A stretch of DNA of 64,000 bases from Octopus vulgaris (lineage: Eukaryota). Below are positions 14,096 to 25,825 of the stretch, piece by piece. The DNA lies in the NCBI GenBank assembly GCA_951406725.2, contig OX597830.1:47492001-47556000 (forward strand). The letters run 5' to 3'. Under the pieces are notes generated by a model, which made no database searches, was not told where the DNA came from, and saw only the letters and a program-made list of their open reading frames with translations. Position 1 is the first letter of the stretch. The number at the start of each line of letters is the position of its first letter. The translations under genes and the position numbers were made by a program.

Positions 14096-14544
14096 GGCAT
14101 AGTGGTTAAGGACCAGTTTTCCATGGTTCAGATGGACTTTTGTTGAGGCAAATTTCTTTTTCTGGCTAGATGCCCTTCCTGCAACCAACCCTCACCTGTT
14201 CCCCCCCCCATGGCCCAGACAGGTTTTTCAAGGAAGACTGGAAACAAACAGCCTTGCTTCTAGGAAGGTAATGTTTGCAACCAACATGTGATGTCAAGGC
14301 AAGGGCGCGCGCATGCACACACACACCATACCTCCCTGATGGTATTCTTCCAGTTTCTGCCAATCAAATTTACTCCTGAGGCTTTTAGGCCATCTGAGTG
14401 GAAGACGGAGGGCCAAAGTGCTGTCCAGTGGGACTGAACCCTGACACCACATGATGGCTGGGAAGCAAGATCATTAACCACAGCTACACCATGAACTTCA
14501 ATATTATTTAGACCCCCCCCCCCCCGCCACTTTAAGACAACAAA

Positions 14545-14750
14545 CTGGCAGAATTGTTAGTCCACTGGGCAAAGTGGCTAGTGGCATTCTGTCAATCATT
14601 AGGTCCTGAATTCAAATTCTGCCAAAGATGACTTTGCTTTTTATCCTTTCAGAGTTGATAAAAATAAGAACCAATTAAATCGTGGGGTCAAAGTAATCGA
14701 CTGACCATTTCTCCTACAATTGCTGGCTCTGTGCCAAAATTTGAAATCAC
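14545..14750 (+). mobile_element. tRNA-derived SINE (family B); other copies at about 27946-28128(-), 28350-28555(-), 46173-46388(+), 55180-55375(-)
   Basis: Shared CTGGCAGAAT...GAGTTCAAATTC...GACTTTGCCTTTCATCCTTT...CCAAAATTTGAAA consensus across five copies. Confidence 0.75.
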
Positions 14751-14855
14751 TAAAAGTTCAGCAGTAAGCACATCCCATTAGGAATGCTTTTGAAAGAAAG
14801 AATATCTAACGCTATTCTTTAATTTGCTCCTTATTTGTAATGAAAATAAAAAGAA

Positions 14856-14922
14856 ATATGGTGTAGTGGTTAACAGTGTGGACGACTAACCCCAAGATTC
14901 TGAGTTCGATTCCAAGCAGTGA

Positions 14923-14964
<42 letters not shown>

Positions 14965-15107
14965 CATTGAAAAATACCTTAGGAATGAGAACCCAGGTTT
15001 GAAATTTCCCCAAGACACTTGAAGAAGGCTGGAGGGTATATCAGCCAAAATGCTGTGTTAACAAACAAGATGAGGACTAATATCCGTTAAATGTAAATAA
15101 TATAAAT
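14856..15107 (+). mobile_element. tRNA-headed SINE-like element with hammerhead-ribozyme tail (copy 2)
   Basis: A box TGGTGTAGTGG (14859), B box GTTCGATTCC (14904); GACAC-TTGAAGA-A-GGCTG...CAGCC-AAAATGCT-GTGTT at 15014-15059; homologous to 13865-14095. Confidence 0.75.
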
Positions 15108-15689
15108 GATGAATACCTGCCGATGATATCAAAAGTTTTTCCAGCCTTGCAATGGATTTAGAAGGAAAGCTTGCAGAACTCCCGATTAGCTGCTGCACTT
15201 CCTGCATGGGACAAAACATTTCCAAATTTGATTACATTTTGTCAGATAAGTTTTTGCTATGGCTGTATTCTAAGAAACCAACCCACTCCACTCAGTACAG
15301 GAAAATTGACAATTCTGTGAGTCAGTGACCTCAAGAATGACTCTCTTTACTGCTGCATGAACACATGTGTATAAAACCTCATTGACAATTCATTTTACTA
15401 CATTCAAGTTATTTACTGCTTTCATGCAACAACATGTTTTTTTATCATGTATAAAACCTGTTTACATTTGCTCGCTAAGTTGTCCAACACCCTGTCGGCT
15501 GGTGGTGCATTATTGAATCGTTTTCTAAGTGTATTTCCAATATCGTTACAAGTTCTCATTAAAACAGAAGGAAACTTCATACTTTATGAACATACAGCAT
15601 GTCATGCATATGTGTGTTAGCATATATATATCATCATCATCATCATCACCATCGTCATCATATCATATATATATATATATCATATCTGC

Positions 15690-16410
15690 ACCCTCGTTAC
15701 ACGAGAAAAGCCATAGCCAAAAAGATTTACTGAAATTATCTTTGGTGCGATGTGATATCCTTGTATGACTTTTAAGCTTTTAAGCCCAGCCACAATTTTA
15801 CACACACACACACAAATGCACACACACACACACAAGCACACATACGAAGCAATGGGTTGTATGCAATGTTTTGAGTGGCATGGGGACCTTAAAAATGGAA
15901 GAACGTCTCTGAAAGACAATAAGTGATCTAGAAGACCTGCCACAAGCATCATCCCTGGAAATGTGGTTTTGTGCATCGAGAATTCCACCCCCAGGGCCAG
16001 ACTGTCAATTAAGAGTTCTACTGCGATGTTTTGAAGCATTTGAGGCGGTGGGGGGGACATTCATTGAAAGCAACCAGATCTGTGGAACACAAAGAATTGG
16101 ATTTCTCACTGAGCTCTCCTCATTCAAGTATTGTTTCCACACCTACCCTATTCACCAAATTTCATCACCCTAGATGAAAATGCAGTTCAAAGGTCACAGT
16201 TTTAACCCTGTTGTTGAGATCCAGAGCGAATTGCAAAAGGGTGGAATTCACTTACAGAAAACGACTTCCAGGACAGATTCCAAAAGTGGCAGGAACACTG
16301 GAACCAGTCTATTGCTGCACAAGGTGAATATTCCGAAGGAAAGGATGTTCAAACTTTGGTAAATAAATTATTTTCCATTAAACATAACTACTCCAGTGAC
16401 CCTTTGATAA
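15690..16410 (+). mobile_element. Internally deleted, degenerate mariner relic
   Basis: AMGCMQCFEWHGDLKNGRTSLKDNK*SRRPATS (mariner HTH-like) near 15850-15950; PYSPNF and MKMQFKGHSF-like C-terminal remnants near 16140-16330. Confidence 0.6.
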
Positions 16411-16969
16411 CATCTCCTATGTCCCCAACAATTCAGGGAATGAAGTAGATAAACTCCAAGCTACATATATCTCAAAACTAGTGGAACACCTCAGAAATAA
16501 TAAGTTATCCAAATATACACACACACATATATGTATACATACATACATACATACATACATGGTGGCTGTCCCCTTGTTGTCGAGTATGGCCATTGTGCGT
16601 AGCTTAATCAATGTTGTTATCGTGCAATGCCTGTGCAAGAAGATTTTTTTTTAAAGTGAAGAAAGGCTGTGCACTGAGTCAATCCCACTCACTAAGCAAC
16701 AGCAGCCATAATCCGAAAAGGACAAGTCAACATCATCGGTAACCACTGAGCCGCAGGTTTTATGTCGGAGTTATCCCAGTTACCTGCGTTACCTTCTTCT
16801 AGAAGGATGCCCTAACAAAGGCTAGGAGTCCTTCACTCCCAATGATTTAACCGCACGATCGGGTATTCAGTCCGATTATTTCTATGTCCCCGCGCATGAT
16901 ACATCCTTAAGACATACATACATGCATACATTTATATGTATGTATGTATATATATATATCTGTAATATA

Positions 16970-18676
16970 ATCATCATCATCGTTTAACGTCCGTTTTCCG
17001 TGCTAGCACGGGTTGGACGGTTCGACTGGGGTCTGGGAAGCCAGGGGCTGCACCAGGCTCTAGTCTGATCTGGCAGTGTTTCTACAGCTGGATGCCCTTC
17101 CTAATGCCAACCACTCCGCGAGTGTAGTGGGTGCTTTTTACATGCCACGATTGGTTGGTGCTTTTAACGTGCCACCGGCATGGAAGCCAGCCAAGGCGGC
17201 ACTGGCATCGGCCACGTTCGGATGGTGCTTTTTATGTGCCACCGGCACAGAAGCCAGTCGAGGCGGCGCTGGCATTGGCCACGTTCGGATGGTGCTTTTT
17301 ATGTGTCACCGGCACAGAATCCAGTCGAGGCGGTGCTGGCAACGGCCACGTTCAGATGGTGCTTTTTATGTGCCACCGGCACAGGTATCACAACTACTAT
17401 TTCCATTGATATTTATTTCGATGTTCATATACTTGACTCAACAGGTCTCCTCAAGCACAGCGGGATGTTCTGGAATCCAAGGTACTTTGAATGGGCAGGG
17501 GCTATGCGGAACTGGTGCAGGAAGCAGCCCGGGTCTTTGCAGTCACAGCATATCTCCAGAGATCTCGGTCCTTCGCCATTGCCTCAGTGAGGCCCAATGC
17601 TCTGAGGTCATGCTCCTCATCCCATGTGTTCCTGGGTCTACCTCTCCCCCTGATACCTTCAACTGTTTGGGAGTGGCACTTCTTCACACATCTCTCCTCA
17701 TCCATCTGCAGTACATGACCATACCATCACAAGTGTCATTCTTGCACACCACATCTGATGCTTCTTATGTCCAACATTTCTCTCAGGGTGCTTACCCTCT
17801 GTTGTGCGCGCACACTGACATTACACATCCAGCGGATCATGCTAGCTTCATTCCTTTCAAGTCTATGCATGTCCTCTGCAGTCACAGCCCATGTTTCACT
17901 ACCGTGATGCATGGCAGTTCGCACACATGCGTCATACAATCTACCTTTCACTTTGAGCGAGAGACCCTTTGTCGCCAGTAGGGGTAGGAGCTTTCCGAAC
18001 TTTGCCCAGGCTATTCGTATTCTAGTGGTGACACTCTCTGAGCATCCACCTCCACTACTAACTTGGTCACCCAGGTAGCGGAAACTATCAACTACTTCTA
18101 GTTTCTCCCCCTGGAGTGTGATGGAATCTGTTTTCTGAGTATCTGTGGTGTCTATTGTCCCTGTGCATCTGCCGCACATGAAAGCTATCTTATCAGTTAA
18201 TTTCCCTTTGATGTTGCTGCACCTCTTATGCGTCCATAGCTTACACTGGGTGCATCTTATGGAGTTTCTACCTACACCTTTCCTACAGATCGAGCAGGGC
18301 CACCTGCCCGAGGGGGTGTGTGTTGAGTTCACCTTTCTGCTTACTATAACTTTGGTCTTTGCTACATTTACTCTGAGGCCCTTTGATTCTAACCCTTGCT
18401 TCCACACCCGAAATTTCTTTTCTAGTTCCGGTAGTGATTCTGCTATGAGAGCCAGGTCATCAGCATAGAGGAGCTCCCAGGGGCAACCTGTTTTGAATTC
18501 CTCTGTTATTGCCTGGAGGACTATGATGAATAAAAATGGACTGAGGGCTGAGCCTTGGTGTACACCTACTTCTACCCGGAATTCTTCACTATATTCATTG
18601 CCAATCCTAACCTTGCTGACAGCCTCTCTGTATAGGGCCTGTACAGCCCTTATTAGCCATTCGTCGATCTCCAGAC
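16970..18676 (-). mobile_element. 5'-truncated RTE-type LINE (RT C-terminal half plus 3'UTR, (ATG)n tail)
   Basis: RT ORF 18683-17736 with GVHQGSALSPFLF, LLYADD and FRYLG; continues in frame past two TGA stops to 17502 (GRGRPRNTW...DRDLWR); tail ATCATCATCATCG at 16970. Confidence 0.92.
17157..17385. repeat. About 65-bp tandem repeat in the RTE 3'UTR (3-4 units)
   Basis: Repeated GGTGCTTTT(T)A(C/T)GTGCCACCGGCA...GGCCACGTTCGGAT units. Confidence 0.8.
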
Positions 18677-18683
18677 GTGACAA
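17502..18683 (-). pseudogene. Reverse transcriptase pseudogene with an embedded C4HC3 (PHD-like) zinc finger
   Basis: CSIC-x10-CTQC-x4-H-x2-C...CGRC lies between KTKV and FRYLG. Two in-frame TGA codons near 17738 and 17729; the paralogous copy at 21 kb has AGA and CGA at these positions. Confidence 0.85.
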
Positions 18684-19444
18684 TTATTCGGTTGTCATAA
18701 TAAAACTCCGGGTTTCGGATGTCGGGGTGGAAATCTGCTCCTGCACGTCGTCAGTTATCAAGGCAATCAAAAAATGGTATGAAAATGACCATTAAACAAA
18801 GGAAAACTACTATGTAAATGACCGTTATTAAGACAAACAAAAGAGCTATTAGAATGACCGTTATATAGAGGGGAAAAGCCCCAAAGGGGAGAAAGTAAAA
18901 AATGTAAAAACGCTCATAGAATTCGCGTATGTGCGCATTACAAACATACACATGCGCGCACGCACACCCACGTACATGTGCCTATATGCATATGCTCACT
19001 CACACTTGCGTAAAACACATACATGCACACCTACACACACCCCTATATGTGCACATATATATGCAACCATACACATGTACACATATACATACCTGCACAC
19101 ACACACACATACACACACACACGTATATATGCGCACAAAAATTTTCATATACAGGTCTACGCATATGCACAAGAAAAATGTAGAGTGAAAGGTGATATAC
19201 AGAAAATTATGTAAAAATATATAAAGCAATAAAAAAATATATAAAAATATATGTAAAAATATATAAAGCAATAAAAATATATATAAAAATATATGTAAAA
19301 ATATATAAAGCAATAAAAATATGTAAAAAATATATATAATATAATATATATTGATTGTCTTAATAACTGACGAGATGCCGGAGCAGATTTCCACTCCGAC
19401 ATCCGAAACTCGGAGTTTTATTATGGCAACTGAATAATTGTCAC
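18677..19444. mobile_element. Non-autonomous DNA transposon/MITE with about 94-bp TIRs and a low-complexity interior
   Basis: GTGACAATTATTCGGTTGTCATAATAAAACTCCG... (18677-18770) is the reverse complement of 19351-19444. Confidence 0.85.
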
Positions 19445-19580
19445 ATATTATATTACAGATAAATTCTTCTATTTACATAATATCGAGGTCTCATTCATTC
19501 TTTTGTTGTCATACCATTACTATGTATATATATATATATATATATATATCAAAATAAGCAACAAGAATGACTCCGGTAGT

Positions 19581-19666
19581 TTGGTACAATTGTTTCGCAC
19601 TACACCATTTTATTAAAAGTTGTAAGTATTACAGCAGATTTAAGATGCTGAGTGCTCATCAGCCAA
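19581..19666 (-). ncRNA. Minimal type I hammerhead ribozyme (mirror copy)
   Basis: Reverse complement of the same motif (TCATCAG at 19656-19662, TACAATTGTTTC at 19585-19596), core intact. Confidence 0.85.
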
Positions 19667-20076
19667 TTTATAGGTTTTCCATAAATACAAAAGCTTTCAA
19701 ATCAAGTAGCAACATTATAGAGAAGGTAGATATACAGACAAAGATGTAGATTTAAATTTAAGGGGATTAATGACCATTTGACATTGACCTAGTTCCTCTC
19801 ACCAAATAGTAATAATTGACATTTTGTTAGTAGCAACTTGAATTCCTTTTATGGTATTCTGAAACTTCCTTTACCCCATTCCTACAACTAAAAAATCTTT
19901 ATTACTTCTAACCTTATAGCAGTTAGATACAGCCATAGCTTGGTCAGTCAGTGGTTGGACTTCACTACCTCATGTGTTCTCAAAATTTAAATCTACATAT
20001 TTGTCTGTATATCTACCTTCTCTATAATGTTGCTACTTGATTTGAAAGCTTTTGTATTTATGGAAAACCTATATAA

Positions 20077-20162
20077 TTGGCTGATGAGCACTCAGCATCT
20101 TAAATTTGCTGTAATACTTACAACTTTTAATAAAATGATGTAGTGCGAAACAATTGTACCAA
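20077..20162 (+). ncRNA. Minimal type I hammerhead ribozyme
   Basis: TTGG-CTGATGA-GCACT-(about 50 nt)-AGTGC-GAAA-CAATTG-TA-CCAA. All core nucleotides are present, helix III ACAATTGT is palindromic, GUA cleavage site after 20158. Confidence 0.85.
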
Positions 20163-20318
20163 ATTACCGGAGTCATTCTTGTTGCTTATTTTGATTATAA
20201 TCACCCCGCAAATTTTTATGGATAACACCATACAAAATTCTGGTGCATCTAAATTAAGTACCATATTCATTCGAATCTAAATTTTTGCTGAACTTATATA
20301 TATATATATATATATATA

Positions 20319-20978
20319 AATGAAAATAGTAATGCAATACGAGAGTATTGCTTTCCAGTAAAGGATAGCCCGTGAGGGTAAAATTATACATAAAAGTAAA
20401 TAAATGGCACAACGAAGTACCGATATTTACTGGAAAATAGCGAACGTAATAAATACGACGCTAATGTATAGCTTCACTGCGTATGTACTAGTAAAGATGC
20501 GTGTATGCAACAAAGATGAAAAAATTGTCTTACCTCTAGGAAAAACATCTGAAAAATGAAATACCTAGAAATGGTTAATGTGGTACCGGTTTCAGATTCT
20601 TCAAAATATGTCTGCCAACATATATTTGATTTATCCTCATCAGCCACATATACCTCGACAATATTTCAAATGTTGCCACATCTATGCCAGTACACTCGAC
20701 TGAACGCCAAAACGTTGACAGAACGAGAACAGTGAAGAAGTTTCAATGAAAATAGTAATGCAATACGAGAGTATTGCTTACCAGTAAAGAATAGCCCGTG
20801 AGGGAAAATTATACATAAAAGTAAATAAATGGCACAACGAAGTACCGATATTTACTGGAAAATAGCGAATAAATACGACGCTAATGTATAGCTTCACTGC
20901 GTATGTACTAGTAACGATGCGTGTGTGCAACAAACATGAAAAAAATATCGGTACTTCGTTGTGCCATTTATTTACTTT

Positions 20979-20986
<8 letters not shown>
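20319..20986 (-). mobile_element. Penelope-like pseudo-LTR arrangement (direct repeat, hammerhead, direct repeat, short inverted tail)
   Basis: Direct repeats at 20319-20526 and 20745-20946; 20944-20986 is an inverted copy of about 20812-20852; bounded by (TA)n. Confidence 0.7.
20578..20649 (-). ncRNA. Minimal type I hammerhead ribozyme
   Basis: Minus strand ATGTGG-CTGATGA-GGAT...(hairpin)...ATCT-GAAA-CCGG-TA-CCACAT: 6-bp helix I and palindromic helix III ACCGGT. Confidence 0.85.
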
Positions 20987-21014
<28 letters not shown>

Positions 21015-21017
<3 letters not shown>

Positions 21018-21778
21018 TGTGCACACACGACAGAGTGTAAGCGCCCTGAGAGAAATGTTGGACATAAGAAGCATCGGATGTGGTGTACAAGAGAGACGTT
21101 TGCGATGGTATGGCCATGTACTATGGGTGGATGAGGAGAGATGTGCTACTCCCAAAAAGTTGAAGGTATCCAGGGGAGAGGTAGACCCAGGAAGATATGG
21201 GATGAGGTAGTCAAGCATGACCTTCGAACGTTGGGCTTCACAGAGGCAATGACGAAAGACCGAGATCTCTGGAGATATGCTGTGACTGCAAAAACCTGAC
21301 AAATAATGTGAGTTCATGGCTATTTCCTGTTTCACATAGCCCCAGCCCATCCAAAGTACCTTGGATTGCAGAACGACCTGCTGTGCTTGAGGAGACCTAT
21401 TGAGTCAAGTACATCAACATCAAAATAAATATCAAATGGAAATTGTTGTTATGATACCTGTGCCGGTGGCACGTAAAAAGCACCATCCGAACGTGGCCGA
21501 TGCCAGCACTGCCTTGACTGGCTTCTGTGCCAGTGGCATGTAAAAAGCACCAACCAATCGTGGCCGCTGTCAGCCTTCCTTGGCACCTGTGCCAGTAGCA
21601 CGTAAAAAGCACCCACTACACTCATGGAGTGGTTGGCGTTAGGAAGGGCATCCAGCCGTAGAAACTCTGCCAGATCAAGATTGAAGCCTGGTGCAGCCTC
21701 CTGGCTTCCCAGACTCCGGTCGAACCGTCGAGCTCGTGCTAGCATGGAAAACGGACGTTAAACGACGACGATGATGAT
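21015..21778 (+). mobile_element. RTE LINE 3' fragment (same family as 16970-18676, opposite orientation)
   Basis: SVHTRQSVSALREMLDIRSIGCGVQERRLRWYGHV; shared 3'UTR and GACGTTAAACGACGACGATGATGAT tail. Confidence 0.88.
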
Positions 21779-22314
21779 ATATGTATATTTGTATATATTC
21801 TGAGATTCATTGTGTTATTTCTGGTAAGTGAGCAACCAGACAAAAGTTCGTTGTTGGTCTAATTTGCTATTGTCGTTGTGGTTTAGCCTGGGTCTTCCTT
21901 CAAGGACAATATTTATGATCCATCATGCCATTAACAAATGTGATTTGAAGGTAATTTGAGTGCTGCGTCTAGCAGGTCAGGAGCCTGTACAGAGGCTTGT
22001 GGTCTGACCTGTTTCTTTGGCAGGAGTTCACTGCAATCCTTCCCTCTGGCACTGCATGGAGGAAGGCAAAGGAAGACACTGGAGGTTGTTGCTATGCCCG
22101 TTGCCAATGCCAGTGTTATTTCTGGTCTGCTTTGATCTGTTTGTTCTGACCATTTGTCTCTTAGGAAGACGTCAGTCTAATAACACAGTAATAATTATTG
22201 CACTCAGCCGGATATGAGACTTATTTATGTGGATTAATTACCTTTTGAAAGAAGCCAAGATTAATGAGGAGAGTGGAAGGAAAGTAAGATGTGGGTGGTG
22301 TATACGTGAGAGAT

Positions 22315-22371
<57 letters not shown>

Positions 22372-22397
22372 ATGTTATGCGCAATATAAATCAATAT

Positions 22398-22574
22398 GGG
22401 TGGTGGTGTGGCTGTGTGGTAAGAAGTTTGCTTCCCAATCACATAGCTTCAGGTTCAGTCCCACTGCGTGACGCCTTGCGCAAGTGTGTCGTCTGATCTA
22501 ACCTAGGACCAACCAGCGCCTTTGTGAGTGGATTCGGAGGATGGAAACTGAACGAAGAATGTACACGTATGTGT

Positions 22575-22654
<80 letters not shown>

Positions 22655-22880
22655 TTGTGTGTGTATTTGTGTGTGTATTTGTCCCTGCCACTGCTTAACA
22701 ACCAGAGCTGATGTGTTTATGTCTCTGTAACTTTGCAGTTCAGCAAAAGAGACTGGTGGAATAGGCACCAGTTTTTAAAAGAAACAATTAACGGGGTCAG
22801 CTCAGTCAGCTAAAGAGTCTTCAAGGTGCTGCTCCAGCAGGGCTACAGCCTGATGACTGAAACGAGTGAAAGATAAAGGA
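22398..22880 (+). mobile_element. tRNA-derived SINE (family A), diverged copy
   Basis: TGGCTGTGTGG A box, GGTTCAGTCCC B box, internal (TG)n, TGACTGAAAC 3' end. Confidence 0.75.
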
Positions 22881-22900
22881 TTTATGCATGTATATATGTA

Positions 22901-24188
22901 TCAGGTCCTCCCATAAGTTCTGTCCGATTTTACCTTTTTTAAAATTGAATGTAATTTAAGAGTATTTTAGAATGTCTAATGGAATTAAGAATTATTTTTA
23001 TGCATTTGTGTAGATTTAAACCAATTAAATATTATTTTACAGAATAATAGAATTAAAATTTCTTTGATTAAAACCTTTTCTAACATGGAAGTATCCAAAG
23101 AGCATTTGAGGCACATATAATGCTTTATGAGTACAAAAAAGGAAACTCTGCAGCCGAAGCGACTCGAAACATACACTCAGTTTATGGGAAAGAATGCTTG
23201 AATGAAAGAACTTGCAGAAGATGGTTTGCAAAATTCAGAAGTGGAGATTTCAGACTTGAAGATGAAGATCGAACAGGACATCCAGTTGAGTTTGATGATA
23301 AGCTCCTTGAGGCATTACTTGAAGAAAATCCTGCATTATCAGTTGAAGAATTGGCAACAAAGCTTAGTTCAAACCATACAACTGTTCATCGTCATCTTCA
23401 ACAACATGGAAAGGTTCCTAAACTTGGAAAATGGGTGACTCATGAATTGTTCAGAAGCAACCGCAAATCTCGAGCTAACATTTGCTCTTCTCTCCATTCT
23501 CGCGAACTCATTTCACCCTTTTTGGATAGACTTGTGACTGGTGACGAAAAATGGATCTTCTATCGAAATGTTAAATGTCGTAAACAGGGGTTTGGTAAAA
23601 GGGAAAAAGCTCAACCACAACTGTGAAGAGAACTTCATGGGAAAAGGGTTCTTCTCCCTATCTGGTGGGAACGCAAAGGAGTAATTCACTTTGAATTGTT
23701 ACCACCTAATGCAACAATCAATGCTCAAGTCTACTGTCAGCAATTAGAACGTTTGAACCAGGCTTTGAAGAAAAAAAGACCTGCTTTAGTGAATCGAAAA
23801 GGAGTAATGTTTCATCAGGACAATGCGCGACCCCACGCTGCAAAGATCCCATCACAGAAGATCGAAGAGCTTGGTTGGGAAAAAAATTCCTCATCCACCT
23901 TATCCTTGCTCCTTCAGACTACCATTTGTTTCGTAGTTTACAGAATCATTTGGGGGGCATAAATTTCGCAAGCCAGGAGGAGGTCGAAACTGACATTTCA
24001 GAGTTCTTCGCCTTGAAACTAAAAGAGTTTTACATTGATGGGATTAAAAAGCTTGTAAATAGATGGAAGGAAGTCATAGATAATCAGGGAAAGTACATTG
24101 ATGATTATTAAATTTCAATTAAATATAACATTTGATCACTTGTTTTTTTCTTTATTCAAAATTCAGACAGAACTTATGGGATGACCTG

Positions 24189-24189
<1 letters not shown>
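22901..24189 (+). mobile_element. Full-length (1289 bp) mariner transposon, inactive
   Basis: TA|TCAGGTCCTCCCATAAGTTCTGTC ... GACAGAACTTATGGGATGACCTGA|TA: TIRs with TA target duplication. Confidence 0.93.
23085..24111 (+). pseudogene. mariner transposase pseudogene
   Basis: MEVSKEHLRHI / MLYEYKKG..WFAKFRSGD..WVTHEL..TGDEKW..HQDNARPH..APSDYHLF. 2-nt frameshift near 23118, in-frame TGA at 23624, frameshift and loss of YSPD near 23880-23905. Confidence 0.9.
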
Positions 24190-24261
<72 letters not shown>

Positions 24262-24286
24262 TATACATATACATATATATATATAT

Positions 24287-24916
24287 ATCATCATCATCAT
24301 CGTTTAACGTCCGTTCTCCATGCTAGCATGGGTTGGACGGTTCGACCGGGGTTCTGGGAAGCCAGAAGGCTGCACCAGGCTCCAGTTTGATCTGGCAGTG
24401 TTTCTACAGCTGGATGCCCTTCCTAATGCCAACCACTCCGTGAGTGTAGTGGGTGCTTTTTACGTGCCACCTGCACAGGTGCCAGGCGAGGCTGGCAATG
24501 GCCACGGTCGGATTGGTGCATTTTACGTGCCATCGGCTCAGGGATCACAACTGCAGTTTCCATTGATTTTGATGTCGGTGTACTTGACTCAATGGATCTC
24601 CTCAAGCACAGGGTCAAAATGGTGTTTCTTCACTTGCCACCTGCACAGGAGTCAGTCCAGCGGTCCTGGCAACTGCCGGGTGCCAGTCATAGGATTGGTT
24701 CAATTTCGATTCCGATTTCGATTTCGATTTCACTTGCTCCAACAGGTCTTCGCAAGCAGAGTTTAGTGTCCAATGAAGGGAGGTTGGCATGGGTGCCTGT
24801 CGTCGGATGAGGTTCAATTTCAACTTCGCTTGCCTCAACAGGTCTTTGTGTGTCCAAGGGAGGAAAGACATGCATAAGTGGGCTGGACTCACTTGTCCTG
24901 CCTGATCTTCTCACGC

Positions 24917-24920
<4 letters not shown>
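24287..24920 (-). mobile_element. RTE LINE 3'UTR fragment
   Basis: Same ATCATCATCGTTTAACGTCCG...GGATGCCCTTCCTAATGCCAACCACTCC terminus as 16970. Confidence 0.8.
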
Positions 24921-24962
<42 letters not shown>

Positions 24963-25128
24963 TTTGATTTTGATTTTGATTTGATTTTTCCAGTTTCAGC
25001 TAATGAGCTGTGGCCATGCTGGGGCACCGCCATTTGGTTTGCTACACGATCTTACCTCACGGATGCTTTTTAACAAACGCCATCTGATGCATGAGAGAGT
25101 TCGATGCAGCTGCCCTCATCTGCACCTC

Positions 25129-25180
<52 letters not shown>

Positions 25181-25436
25181 GCGTATGTATGTGTGTGTAT
25201 GCACGTGCGTGTGTGTTAGAAACCCAGCAACGTGAGTGGGAGGAAGAGATAGAGAAAAGCATAACAGCAAGACAGAGACTCTCTGGTCTCCTTCCCCACC
25301 ATCATGACCACCATACAATGTGATGGGAGAGAGAGAGAGAGAGAGGGGGGGACAGACGAGAAGAGGTTAATGTCTTTATTGAAACTACTACTTGAGGTTG
25401 TTTAATGATATATACTTCTGGATTGTCAATTTCCGT

Positions 25437-25437
25437 A

Positions 25438-25474
<37 letters not shown>

Positions 25475-25555
25475 GTTACCACCATCATCATTGTCATCAT
25501 CATCACCACCACCACCATCATCATCGTCATCATCATCATCACCACCACCACCACC

Positions 25556-25586
<31 letters not shown>

Positions 25587-25825
25587 CTACCACCACCATC
25601 ATCATTGTCATCATCATCGTCGTCATCATCACTGTCGTCGTCATCATCGTTGCTATCATCACTACCACCACCATCATCATCAACGTCAACATCATCATCA
25701 TCATCATTACCACCACTGCCACCACCACTGCCACCACCACTGCCACCACCACTGCCACCACCACTGCCACCACCACTGCCACCACCACTGCCACCCCCAC
25801 TGCCACCCCCACTACCACCATTATC
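25437..25825. repeat. Compound (CAT)n/(CAC)n microsatellite with (CCACCACTG)n array
   Basis: Seen directly; explains the poly-His, poly-Ser and poly-Pro ORFs. Confidence 0.9.

Larger units (their letters stand above)
19548..20296. mobile_element. Foldback (inverted-repeat) Penelope-like non-autonomous element with two hammerheads
   Basis: About 212-bp arms at 19548-19759 and 19983-20195, flanked by (TA)n; each arm carries a hammerhead core. Confidence 0.8.

Noticed and set aside
14856-14925. tRNA genes (also the SINE heads near 48000, 49281 and 59900)
   Set aside because: A/B boxes are present but there is no proper acceptor stem, and each continues into a repeated SINE body.
17076-17981. 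301-aa plus-strand ORF
   Set aside because: Antisense to the RTE 3' region and its tandem repeat; no protein motif.
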